From: Octopus sinensis
Taxonomy: Eukaryota
Length of the DNA stretch: 64,000 bases
Reading direction: 5' to 3'
NCBI RefSeq assembly: GCF_006345805.1
Contig: NC_043006.1
Coordinates: forward strand, 1,984,001 to 2,048,000
Shown here: positions 11,762 to 23,966 of the stretch, piece by piece
Layout: the number at the start of each line of letters is the position of its first letter
Numbering within the stretch: position 1 is the stretch's first letter
The notes under the pieces: model-generated
What the model was told of the DNA's origin: nothing
Seen by the model: only the letters and a program-made list of their open reading frames with translations
The model's database searches: none
Position numbers and translations under genes: made by a program

Positions 11762-12895
11762 TGTAGATGTATATATGTATATATATGTTATATATATGTA
11801 TATATATATATGTATATATATGTGTATATATATGTATATATATATATATATGTATATATATGTGTATATATATGTATATATATATATATGTATATATATG
11901 TGTATATATATGTATATATATATATATATGTAATATATATGTGTATATATATGTATATGTATATATATGTATATATATGTATATATATATGTGTATATAT
12001 ATGTATATGTATATATATGTATATATATGTATATATATATGTGTATATATATGTATATGTATATATATGTATATTATATGTATATATATATGTGTATATA
12101 TATATATATGTGTATATATATGTATATATGTATGTATATATGTGTATATATATATATGTAATATATGTATATATATATGTATATATATGTTATATATATA
12201 TATGTTATGTATATGTATATATATGTATATGTATATTATGTATATATATGTATATATATGTATATGTATATATGTATAATATATATGTATATGTATATAT
12301 ATGTATATATATGTATATAATATATGTATATATATGTATAGTATATATATGTATATATAATATATATATGTATATATATGTATATATATATAATGTATAT
12401 ATATATATAATATATGTATATATATGTATATATATAGTGTATATATATGTGTATATATATATGTGTATATATATATATGTATATATATATGTTATATATA
12501 TATGTATATATATATGATATATATATGTGTATATATATGTTATATATATATATATGTAGATGTATATATATGTATATATTATGTATATGTATATATGTAT
12601 ATATATATGTAGATGTATATATATGTATATATATATGTAGATGTATATATATGTATATATATATGTAGATGTATATATATGTATATATATATGTAGATGT
12701 ATATATATGTATATGTATATATATGTAGATGTATATATATATATATATGTAGATGTATATATATGTATATATATATGTATGTATGTATGTATATATATGT
12801 AGATGTATATATATGTATATATATGTATGTATGTATGTCTATGTATATGTATGTATGTATGTATGTATGTATATGTATGTATGTAAGTGTGTGTG

Positions 12896-12937
<42 letters not shown>

Positions 12938-12950
12938 GATATCTTATTGG
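11600..12950. repeat. About 1.35-kb compound (TA)n/(TATG)n/(TG)n microsatellite; similar tracts at 9450-9667, 10364-10575, 26787-27395, 39158-39367
   Basis: Seen directly; source of the YIYI/VCVC ORFs. Confidence 0.98.
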
Positions 12951-13835
12951 TGTATATGTATATGTTATATGTATCATATAGGTTATAAACCCATAAACCT
13001 GAATCCCATTGAAGTCAGCAGATTCATGACTATATACTTACCATATCTCTCAGACCTCCTGCCTCTCTTCTCTTCTGCTTAGCATCACTCTTTCCCTCCT
13101 CACACCCATCGGCCACCATGCCATGCAGCTAGTGCCATGTGGCTATACTTTATCTCATATGTCCCCCCCCCCCCCCCCCCAGAAAAAGGCTTTCACCTTT
13201 CACATACTTCCCATCAATTCACCCTGGTGGCAAGTCTAGCATTCTGCTAATCGTAATTTACTTACCTCTTATGCTATTGCAACACTCTAACCGAACGGGT
13301 AAGGTGCTGCAGTCGCAATCATGAGATTGTGGTTTCTATTCCCAGACCTGCTGGTGTGTTCTGTTCTTGAGCAAAACATCTCACGTTGCTCCACAACCAC
13401 TTCAACACGTTACGCATGGTACACCATGCACTTGTTCAGGCAGCTTCAACTTGATGCAGGAAGCAACCTAATGTACGGCACATACATTTGATCACTATAA
13501 ACAAATAGTTTTGCGAAGGTTGTTGGGCAAATGCTAACATTTATTCCTTGTCTTTGCTGCTAGAGCTCATCATGCCATTGCTATTCCACCCATGGTCTTC
13601 ACACCATCCCACTTAGCATCCTGCTTCCATACCTGTATAGACACTGGCCACTTCTTTCTCTATACATTCCTCTAACTCTTGAATTTTACATATCTGTTCC
13701 TTGTCGTGTTTGTTACTTTCTATCTCCCGCTTATTATGACCGTGTATTCTGTGCTTCTCTTTTATTTTTAAGTTCACCTTTGTTTACCTCCTGTTATTAG
13801 TATATCATTACTTCTTATTAAGTCTCTATCTCATT

Positions 13836-13941
13836 CTCCCTCTGATGATGGAATAGATAGCAACGACAATGTTGGATGCTGATCATTTGCAGGGAAATGC
13901 ATCATCTCTGCACATCTGTTCTTGAAACAGCTGTAAGGAAG
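13836..13941 (+). ncRNA. Type-I hammerhead-like motif with a long stem II, decayed
   Basis: CUCCCU-CUGAUGA-U-GGAAUAGAU...AUCUGUUCU-U-GAA-ACAGCUGU-A/AGGAAG. Confidence 0.5.
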
Positions 13942-14786
13942 TATCTGCACACCTTCCTACCTTTCTCTTTTCTTCTCATTCACCTTTGGATTCTACTTAT
14001 GATGTCCAGCTTTACCTATTTCTTTACTACCCACAAGGGGCTAAAAACAGAGAGGAAAACCAAGGACAGACAAACGGATTAAGTTGATTATATCGACCCC
14101 AGTGCGTAACTGGTACTTAATTTATAGACCCCGAAAGGATGAAAGGCAAAGTCGACCTCAGCAGAATTTGAACTCAGAACGTGTCCAGTTTTACCTAATA
14201 CCAGTATAAACTGTTCCGGGAGATTACTAGCATATACCATGAGCATTGTTGAACATCCCTCAATTGATCTTTTATCTATCTCTTTTGAAGTTTTTTCTTG
14301 TAATATTCAGTTTTGCCTTCATGTCTAAACACATATCATAAATTGACCTGAATCCAGTTGTTTGCCTGTTTATTATTTTATTGTGTGTGTGTGTCTGTGG
14401 TTTGTTTTTCCGTGTTATGCGTAAAATTTTAAACCAGAGATATTTCTCAGCCATTTTTTGTAAACAAATATTCTGTTACATGTCAGACAGGTAGTCACTC
14501 TCTACTCAGGCAGTAAAATCAAGATGATAAACACCATTTATTCCTCCCCACTCACCAGCGCTAGCAATTGCCACTGTTAATTTCAGTCTATCTCTTGCTG
14601 TTACAATCTCAGTTGCATTGTAAGTATTATTTTCAAAAATAGGTTTCACCAGCGACTAAAGTTACTCTGATTCACTGTCGAAAAAGAAAGTCTTAAGTAT
14701 GATAAAATCTTCTATGTTGCCAGAAATGCTAAAAGCTCACAATCTTAGATGATCTCTCACAGCAGCCTTATCCATATACCATCACC

Positions 14787-14820
<34 letters not shown>

Positions 14821-14953
14821 TCATTTAATGTCCACCTTACATGCTGGCATGGGTAGGACACACATGCACACACACACACACACACACGTATCTATCTGCT
14901 CTGTACAAACATACATTCATATGCACATGCATATGTATGTATACACTCGTGTG

Positions 14954-15010
<57 letters not shown>

Positions 15011-15051
15011 CTGTTAGTATTTGTGTTGTGTGTATACTAGTTGTACATATG

Positions 15052-15886
15052 TTGGTTCATCGGTTGTTGTTGACATAGACCAAGGACATCACATGGGAGG
15101 AGGAGATGAAGCTTGGTGGTGTCCAGCTGTGGCCAATCAGTCCACTGCATGCCTGGAAGGCTGTGCTGTAGGTCAGGCACTGGTGGTCAGCCAGGACTGA
15201 GGGCAAGGAGTTGGCTCTTGTGCTTGCAGTTCCCTGGCCTCAGACTTGATTTCAAAGCTCTCAAATGAGGCCTTGATCATATCCCCCTTCAAGTGCTTTT
15301 CCTGTCCACCTTGCATGTGCTTGCCTTTCACCAGTTTGCTATAAAACAGTCTGTTGGGGAGCACACCTGGCTTGTGTTCTATGCAAATGCTTGGCAGTGT
15401 CTTGCCGGGTGATTTTCAACTGCTTTCTCAAGCACTTCATGTGAACTTCAGTGTCAGAGTTCATACAGTCTACCAGGCTTCGGAAGGAATCATTGGAAGA
15501 AATGGAGTTGGCAAGAACAACAGCAATGATCACCTAGTGCTGAAGACTTGTGCAGGACATGACTTGGTGGTTATCAGCACAGTGTTTCCTCTTATTTCTT
15601 TACTGCCCAAAAAGGGGCTAAACATAGAGGGGACAAACAAGGACAGACAAACAGATTAAGTCGATTACATTGACCCCAGTGCGTAACTGGTACTTAATTT
15701 ATCGACCCCGAAAGGATGAAAGGCAAAGTCGACCCCGGCGGAATTTGAACTCAGAACGTAACAGCAGATGAAATACTGCTAAACATTTCGCCCGGCGTGC
15801 TAACCACTCTGCCAGCTCTCCGCACAGTGTTTCATCTGCCCAACCACAAAAAGACCTCCTCGATGCATCTACACAGCAAACATTAG
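15052..15886. mobile_element. Second RTE (BovB-like) family insertion: 3' end on the minus strand joined to an inverted endonuclease fragment on the plus strand, interrupted by a SINE
   Basis: Minus: HMKCLRKQLKI, LPNRLFYSKL and AFQACSGLIGH. Plus, from about 15441: (G)NFSVRV...EGIIGRNGVGKNNSND...TVF|HLPNHKKTSSMH. Confidence 0.8.
15589..15821 (-). mobile_element. tRNA-derived SINE family B with a 12-bp TSD. Other copies at about 14010-14180, 24530-24760, 24820-25190, 45825-46230, 55970-56620, 57100-57310, 59450-59832, 62950-63120
   Basis: TSD GCACAGTGTTTC at 15577-15588 and 15822-15833; conserved GAGTTCAAATTCCGCC...GACTTTGCCTTTCATCCTTTCGGGGTCGATAAA. Confidence 0.88.
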
Positions 15887-16616
15887 TGAAAAATTTATAT
15901 CCACATCAAAATCTGTATTAATCTCAATAATGCTCATATTTATCTACAAATCCAAAATTTAAAAAACAGCACTCATCTTCAATGAAAGCAACACTCGTAT
16001 AAAGCATAAAGCATGAAATTTGACCTATCTGTAACCTACACTCCAGTACAACTCCAACCTGTTCCACCAATGTCTACAAACATGCTTGAATGAACCGTAA
16101 TATTAAATAAAACCAACTGCTCATTTTCCAACACTAAAAATAACCAGTTTAATGGAAATAAAATGAAGTGACTCAACAATGCTCCCAACTCAAACCAGTG
16201 AATGTGGTCTGTCTCATCATCTGCCACCTGTATTCCTTTACTAATCTGATTATATACACCTGTATTTACAAACGTGCAAAAATGAACCTTAACAATAACA
16301 TAATCAGTAATTCCTTTAACCACCGAAATAGTTTCAATGTAGCTTTCACTATCCAACCAGAATAAATCTCTCTACCATCCCATCCTTTCCAAATCTTAAT
16401 CTTAAATGTTTGCTTTCTTCTTTGTTTTCTCCTCATCTGCGTTTCCTCTCCTCCTCCTCATTCTGCTACTTCTTTCTTCCTACAAGCTCTTTCTTCTGTC
16501 CTCTTAACAAATCGTCCATAAAGATATTTCTTGATATATCACAAAAAAGTAGACTATTACATCCTTATCTACTTTGCAGCTATATTGCTCTTTCCACAGG
16601 ACTAACTCCATAATAA

Positions 16617-16990
16617 TCTATATATATAAAGCTGAAGTTGTCTGTGTGTGGCAGGTTTGGTAGCCTTCAACTAACTCCTCTGAGACCTTGCGGTGCAAGG
16701 TGACCAAAGTTGAGAGTATGATAGAAGAAGGCTTGCTCTTCATTCCGTAGAAGATAAAATTCAAATCGGACCATGTTAAGACCAAAAATTATTTACATCA
16801 AAAAGGTGTAAACAATCCCTATTTTTTAGGATTTTTTGACTACTGTGTCGCCATTTTTCGGTGTATTTCAACCAGAAAAATGTTCACTTAAAGTGAATAA
16901 GAAGCTACATAATGCAAAATTTTTAATTTCCGAAAATTCCTATTCTAAAGGGTCAAAACAAACCTGAGCAATGCCGGGCGATACTGCTAG
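16617..16990 (+). mobile_element. Non-autonomous Helitron
   Basis: A|TCTATATATATAAAG at the 5' end; CCTGAGCAATGCCGGG hairpin then CTAG|T at the 3' end. Confidence 0.85.
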
Positions 16991-17954
16991 TTAAGTATAA
17001 AATTTGGAAAATGAAAGTGATTTACTATCTCATGAATGCTACATAGCTAAAACTTTCAAAATACTGTCAACTTTTTCCCTGTAAAAATAAATTTTACTCT
17101 GTTGAAAGGTATTGAATGAACATTCGATTCAAAGTTTGTTTTTGTGTCGTACATAAAAACAAACCTTTTTAGTGTCATAATAAAAAAAAAAAAGTTGGTG
17201 TTAGGAAAGGCATCCAGCTGTAGAAACTGAACCAAAAGTGAAGCTTATGAGTGAGATGTGATTCCCCCAACTTTTCTAGAAGAGCAGCAATAACCCTCCT
17301 AACCCATACCAGTTTGAAAAGTGGATATAGAAGTACAACAACAATGATGATGATGATGATGAGGAGGAGGAGGAGGCAGAAATGGAGAGCCATAAAGCAA
17401 AGATGTAAGCTGTTTTTAGTAAACACACGCTTTTAATATTGTTGTGCAAAGTTGAGACTGTGGTTAAACCATGTTTCCTTCTGATTTGACCAGAGAAAGG
17501 AGATTAAGCCAACTTGTTTCAGTATCTTTTACTGCTTCATCAGGGATCAATTACTCATTTTACCGACTCCAGATAAAATAACAAACAGCAGTTTTTAGTT
17601 TACTTAAAGTTTAAACAAACTGAAATAGAAGTGAATTGGTTTGCCCAAGTATACATTGCATGGCAAGTATTGGTATCACTAATTAACTAATTGACCGAAG
17701 CAATTAACTGTGTTTTGTTTTCTGTTTTTGTTTCAAATAATGATGTGAAATTGACTTACCTTTGATAACGAGGATTGGCTTCACTAATTTCAACACATTT
17801 TTGCATACAAATGTATGTTTACTTAAAATTGCACACCCAAAACTCTACTTCACAGCTTTAATTGCCAAGAAGAAAAGGATAAAAACACTTCTATGAATTA
17901 TATATGAGTGTGTGTGTGTGTGTGTGTATATAATACATGTGTGCGTGTGTTTAT

Positions 17955-18468
17955 GGTCATAGCCCAACTGATTAGGGAGAGAGTCAGCTTGGATGAGATG
18001 CAGTTTGGTTTCGTGCCAGGGAAAAGCACCACTGATGCCATATTTCTGGTAAGACAGCTGCAGGAGAAATACCTAGCCAAAGATAAGCCCCTGTACCTGG
18101 CTTTCTTTGACAGGGTCCCCCGATCCCTTATCTGATGGTCAATGAGGAAACTAGGGATAGATGAATGGTTAGTGAGAGCTGTGCAAGCCATGTACAGGGA
18201 TGCTGTCAGTAAAGTGAGGGTTGGCAACAAGTATAGTGAAGAATTCCTGGTAGAAGTAGTGGTTCACCAAGGATCAGTCCACAGCCCCATCTTATTCATC
18301 ATAGTCCTCCAGGCAATAACAGAGGAATTCAAGACAGGATGCCCCTGAGAGCTCCTCTATGCTGATGACCTTGCTCTAATTGCTGAGTCACTATCAGAAC
18401 TGGAGAAGTTTCAAGTGTGGAAACAAGGATTAGAATCGAAGGGCCTCAGAATCAACCTAGCGAAAACC
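17955..18468 (+). mobile_element. RTE LINE RT fragment, same family, decayed
   Basis: IAQLIRERVSLDEMQFGFVPGKSTTDAIFLVRQLQEKY...GIDEWLVRAV...HQGSV, with stops and deletions. Confidence 0.92.
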
Positions 18469-18765
18469 ACCATATTCACCTGACCTTGCACCAACTGACT
18501 CTCACGTTTTCCAGGCATTAGACAACTTTTTGCAAGGAAAAAACTTCAAGTCTGAAGAAGATGCAAAAACAGCCTTTTTGTGGTTTTCATCACCTCTTGC
18601 TCCCCAGAATTCTTCGCTGCCAGCATAAATAAGCTACCCATAAAATGGCAAAATTGTGTTGAAGATTTAGGTGCAAACTTTGACTACCTGCATTGGTTTT
18701 TGTTGAGATAAAGTAAAATAAGCTTTCAGTTCAAAATCAGACATTTCATTCTTAAGGACCTGATG
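18467..18765 (+). mobile_element. Tc1/mariner transposase C-terminal remnant
   Basis: PPYSPDLAPTDSHVFQALDNFLQGKNFKSEEDAK...PEFFAASINKLPIKWQNCVEDLGANFD, containing the YSPDLAP motif. Confidence 0.9.
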
Positions 18766-18777
18766 TATATACACGCG

Positions 18778-18828
<51 letters not shown>

Positions 18829-20629
18829 ACATGAGGGGATGCTGAAAAGTTCCTGGCTGTAGATAAATGGAAATGTGGGTAGTTGGGCCTCCAACCAGGC
18901 CTTTCATAATACCCTTAAAACCAGGATCTATTCAGTACCACCTTGTATATATATATATATATATTCATGTGTGTGTATATATGTGTATATACAAACGTGT
19001 GTGTGGATAACTGAACTAACATTAAGTAGTTTCATTTAAAACACAATATTGTATTTGTTTCTGTGAAAGTGATACATTAACGAGGCGTTTCTCTTGTTTG
19101 TGTTGTAATTTATTTCATGGTCATGTGATGAATACGTTAATCAGGATGATCAACAACAACAACAACAACAACAACAACATTGACAAGAATATACAGATGG
19201 AGGCGGCGACAGGGATGGAAATAAAAACTAGAAACTCCTAACACTTAACACCATTAGCATCGTCATAGAGTCTGTTAGGTCAGAACCAGTTGCCAGAAAC
19301 AATGGAATTTTCATTTACCTGAAGAAGCTGGTTGAAAGAATTCTGTATCAGAAAATGATAGAAAGTAGCCATATTTGTTTGTCTAAACATGGTCGATGTT
19401 TTAGATACACAGATAAGAACATACTTTATGGTACAGGCATAGGCATGTGGTTAAGAAATTCACTTTGCAGCTCTTGGTCCTAGGTTCAGTCCCACTGCGC
19501 AGCACCATGGACAAGTGTCTTGTCTTGTGAATGAATTTGGTTGATGGAAACTGAAAAGAAGCCCATCGTATATGTATGTATGCATGCATGTTTGTGTGTG
19601 TGTATTCCCTTGTCTTCACATTGTATACTCAGTATCAATACTGCCTCTGTCACTAATAAATACTTTTTAACAGGCTTACTAGCTGATTGCAACACTAGTA
19701 CCTGTTCTGCATATTGCTGCTATTTCTAGCACTAGAGTATCCATCGTTGACAATATCAAGGAAGGTTGAGATCACATGATCAGATGGTCTCAGTGCTTGA
19801 GGTGGTGGGGATTTTTCTCCCCGCTAGTGATATAAACAAGAGTGCATTTTGCACCAAAAACCAATGTCTGGGTTTTTCTCACGACATCTACCACAGCATG
19901 GTTTGTTCTAACAGAACATCTGTGTTTAAGTGGAGACAAATGTTGCCACTTAATGCAAACAAACATATGATAGTCGTAAGTGATTTAAGCGGTGTCTAAT
20001 TCTCTCTGTAAATGTGTTTGACCAGGGAGGAATATTACCTTGCTTGGGAACAAGTGAATGTTGATGACAAGAGAGGCATCTAGTTACAGAAAATCTGCCT
20101 CTATGAATTCCATTTAATCCAAGCGAGCATGGGAAAGTGAACATTGAATGACGATGATGATGATGATGATGATGATGTTTATATCTTTAATGAAGAAGAA
20201 TGCTTTATAGGTTACATTAAATCTGTCCTTATATCGAGCATGGCTTCGTGGTAAGAAGCTCTCTTCTCATCCACATGGTTCCAGGTTCAGTACCACTACT
20301 TGGTACCTTGAGCAAGTGTCTTCTACTATAGCCTCAGGCTGATAAAAGCCGTGTGACTGGATTTGGTAGATGGAAACTGAAAGAAGCCTGTTGTATGTAT
20401 GTATGTGCATGTGTGTGTGTTTGTGTTTCTTCCCCACCATCACCACTTGATAACCGGTGTTGGTGTGTTTACATCCTCATAACTTTGTGGTTTGGCAAAA
20501 AACACCGATAGGATCAGTACCAGGCTTAAAAAAATAAGTCCTGGAGTCGATTTATTGAACTAAAACCCTTCAAGGTGGGGTCCCAGCATGGGACTAAAAC
20601 AAGTAAAGGATAAAAGGTATGTGTATGTA

Positions 20630-20668
<39 letters not shown>

Positions 20669-20863
20669 AAAACATTACGTTATATAATTAGGGTTCAGTA
20701 AAATAATTTACTTTACCACACACCGAACTATTAGAAATAGCAGCCAAAACATTTTAGCTATTTCCTCTACTATAAGAAAAGTCTCCCAGACAATGTATAC
20801 TCAAAAAATAACTCACACAGGTATAGAGGGGAAAATAACGAAAGATCACACGTGCATCGATTA

Positions 20864-20927
20864 CTTGAGAACGAACGTTTCTGGATTAGTTGGATAAAGA
20901 GATCAACATTTCCGTCATCAGCCCAAG
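20864..20927 (-). ncRNA. Type-I hammerhead-like motif in a Penelope-like fragment
   Basis: CUUGGG-CUGAUGA-C-GGA..GUUG..CAAC..UCC-A-GAA-ACG(UU)CGU-U/CUCAAG; C.A mismatch at the base of stem II. Confidence 0.6.
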
Positions 20928-21029
20928 ATTTCTTTAGGTTTGGATTTGAGAGCACTAAAAATCGAATATACCCGTCTGATATGAGTAATACATACATACA
21001 TACATACATATATGTATATATAAATAAAT

Positions 21030-21117
21030 AAAAGAATGGAGTCGAACGAAGATGTTAACAAAATTCCTTTGAGAGTAAAGGAATTTTGTTAACATCTTCG
21101 TTCGACTCCATTCTTTC
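21030..21117. repeat. Perfect foldback, about 40-bp arms, 6-nt loop
   Basis: AAAGAATGGAGTCGAACGAAGATGTTAACAAAATTCCTTT-gagagt-reverse complement. Confidence 0.95.
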
Positions 21118-21769
21118 ATTTATTCATATACAACACACAAATTTCTGCACATGAACCCGGAGTTTCTACCCTTGACAGGTCGCTTCAACCGTGTTTCTGA
21201 CGTGAATTTGCTACCCAGGTTTCGGTTAAATGAATTTTCCATGCTGACGATAAACATAGGATAATTCATTCACCTACTTAAATATATGTATATATATGTA
21301 TATATATGTGACACACTTCTTTCGGTTTCTCTCTGATAAATCCATTCTCAAGGCTTTTGTCAGTCTGGAGCTGTAGTAGAAGATACTTGCTCAAGGTACT
21401 ATGCCGAGGGACTGACCCTAAGACTACATGGTTTAAAAGAAGCTTCTCAACCACACAGCCATGCTTTTTTTTTTGCTGGTGAAGTTCTACTCTTTCTCTC
21501 TCTGGTGTTTCTCTCTCTCTGTCTCTCTCCCCTCTTCTAGCTGCCACATTCTGCATATTCTTCTGAGTCAAGGGCTGGAGCGCACAACAGGGGTGTGTCC
21601 CTATCTACATAGGTACCTAAAACAACAAGCAAAAGTGCAGTATGAGCTATTAAGTCATACTTGCTTGCAAGTGATGGCCAAGCTACAGCACAACGTTTTA
21701 TAATGTCTTCCTTTGTTTCCTTTTATGTCTAGTTTGTTTCATGTTTGTTTTGTTTTTATTTCATTACAG

Positions 21770-21855
21770 ATGTCAAGGTTAATCAGGCTTTATTCGGGCT
21801 GCCCCCAATGCTGCCCGACAGGGACTATATCAATGGCAATGAGGAAGACCAGATG
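21770..21855 (+). CDS. ATP13A3: P5B-type ATPase (ATP13A2/3-like), first identifiable exon (VKVNQALFGLPPMLPDRDYINGNEEDQM); candidate start ATG at 21808
   Basis: Acceptor tttcattacAG, donor GTttgt. The peptide YINGNEEDQM joins EIIGY in the next exon, matching the P5B N-terminal motif IN.G.EDEMEI.GY. An upstream exon was not located. The symbol is used loosely for an invertebrate co-orthologue. Confidence 0.8.
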
Positions 21856-22829
21856 GTTTGTATTTCATTCATTAGTCTATGACTATTCCTCGTTTAGCTT
21901 TGACAAATTTTCAGTCGTTTGCTTTAAATAAAAATTTAAAGAAAGAGAAAAATGAATTATTGCAGTCCTTAAAATTTCCTAAACTCCCATCCATATGGTT
22001 CCAGGTTCAGTCCCACTGTGTGACACCTTGGGCAAGTGTCTTCTAATATAGCCTTGGGCCAACCAAAGCCTTGTGAGTGGATTTGGTAGATGGACACTGA
22101 AAGAAGCCCATTATATATATATATCATCATTATCATCATTTAATGTCCATTGTCCATGCTGGCATGGGTTGGACAGTTTGACCAGAACTGGCAAGTTGGA
22201 GGCCCGCACCGGACTCCAGTCTGATTTGGCATGATTTCTACGGGTGGACACCCTTCCTAACACCAACCACTTTACAGAGTGTGCTGGGTGCTTTTATGTG
22301 GCACCACTACAAGTGCTTTATGCCACCAGAAGGATTGGGCTTAACATTTCTGGTGTGGAGTGTGTCTGTTTGTCCCCCACCACTGCTTGACAACTGATGT
22401 TGGTGTGTTTATGTCCCTGTAACTTAGCAGTTTAGCAAAAGACACTGATAGAATAAGTACCAGGCTTAACAAAAATACTGGGATTGATTCATTTGACTGA
22501 AAATTCTTCAAGGTAATGCCCCAGCATGGCCACAGTCTAATGACTGAAACAAGTAAAAGGTAGATTTTACTATCCCTGGTGACTTTTGTTAGAAACACCA
22601 TATTCTTAATATCTCTTGGAAATATGAACATCATATACTGGTGCTTTAGGATTTGATTGTCCATGTACAGGCCAGTGCAGGACGAGGGCCTCAACATGTT
22701 CTCTCCACTAACCATGTGGAGACTTGAAAAATGAGCTTGAGATCCTATTGGTTTCATGAGCCTACTCTCTCACACTGGCTCAACGTGGCTTGGCAGAGGG
22801 ATGTAGTTTTTATATTCATAGCCAGGAGT

Positions 22830-23059
22830 AATTAGATCAGTTACCATATTTCTGTTGAAATGTACTGCTTTTGTTTTAATTAATTTTGCAAATAATAAAG
22901 AATTTAGTAAAATAGCTTTGTCACTATTAAGTTGCTGTTTGTTTAGAACTTAAAATAACATGAGATTTCGACAGAAAGTTTCAATTTAGATCACTAAAAC
23001 TGTTAGTTTGTATCATAGAACCAGGAATGGTCTTAGCTGGGTTGGTAATCAAAGGGATT
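22830..23059. mobile_element. Degenerate TTAA-type MITE; a related decayed MITE lies at about 55670-55895
   Basis: TTAA-bounded, with a degenerate AAAGGG(A)TTAA end. Confidence 0.45.
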
Positions 23060-23063
23060 AAGG

Positions 23064-23966
23064 CAGTGGTTTTCAACCAGGGCCCAGAGAGTTCATATAA
23101 GATTTTTGTGGAGTCCACACATCAAAATAGTAAACTAGGAATCCACAGTGATATTCTAAGAGCCCCTGAAAATATTTTGCTTTAGATGTATGTATTAGTA
23201 TATATTGTGGAGGCGCGTGACTTAGTAGTTAGGGTGTCAGCATCATGATCGTAAGATTGTGGTTTCGATTCCTGGACTGGGCGACATGTTCTGTTCTTGG
23301 GCAAAACACTTCATTTCATGTTGCTCCAGTCCACTCAGCTGGCAAAAATGAGTAATGCTATGATGGACTGGCGTCCCGTTCAGCTGGGGAACACATACGC
23401 CATTGAAAACGGGAAACCGGGCCCATGAGCCTGGCTAGGCTTTAAAAGGGTGCATTTATTTATATGTGGAAGCGGACTCACAGTTGGAGGATCACGATTT
23501 CGATTCCCAGACCGGGCGTTGCGTGTGTTTATTGAGCGAAAACACCTAAAAGGTCCACGAGGCTCCCACGGGGGGTGGGGGGTGGCAACCCCTGTTGTAC
23601 TCTTTCACCACAACTTTCTCTCACTCTCTCTTCTTGTTTCTTGAGTAACGCTGCGATGGACCGGCATCCCGTCCAGCTGGGGGGAACACATACGCCACAG
23701 AAACCGGGCCCATGAGCCTGGCTAGGCTTGGAAAGGGCGACATTTATCGTTATTAGTATATATTGCAAGAAACAGCTAGATTTCTTTCTCAAAAGTTTTG
23801 CATAATTCAACTCAAACAAGTTAATGAGTGAAAAACAAAATAGGAAGTTTGAAAGAAGTTTCTATAAAACTAGTTTTGAAACAAAAAAGCAGCTATGGGG
23901 GTCCACCTGAATAAAATAGTAATCAAAGGGGTTTATAGATAAAAAAAAAAATAGTTGAGAACTCTC
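23064..23966. mobile_element. hAT-like MITE hosting the SINE pair
   Basis: Ends CAGTGGTTTTCAACC and a degenerate AGTTGAGAACTCT. Confidence 0.55.
23208..23750 (+). mobile_element. Tandem pair of family C tRNA-SINEs inside one 15-bp TSD. Other family C copies at about 13290-13520, 43040-43230, 44597-44850, 48645-48990, 58700-58980, 63200-63470
   Basis: TSD TATTAGTATATATTG at 23193-23207 and 23751-23765; both units end GAAACCGGGCCCATGAGCCTGGCTAGGCTT. Confidence 0.85.

Noticed and set aside
11573-12981. Long ORFs of up to 314 aa rich in Y/I/V/C/M
   Set aside because: Translations of (TA)n/(TG)n microsatellite; the same applies at 9466-9820, 10315-10674, 26751-27414 and 39021-39407.
19146-19241. 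Possible first coding exon of ATP13A (ATG-ATC-(AAC)n...)
   Set aside because: It stops at TAA with no phase-1 donor; it could be UTR but this cannot be supported.
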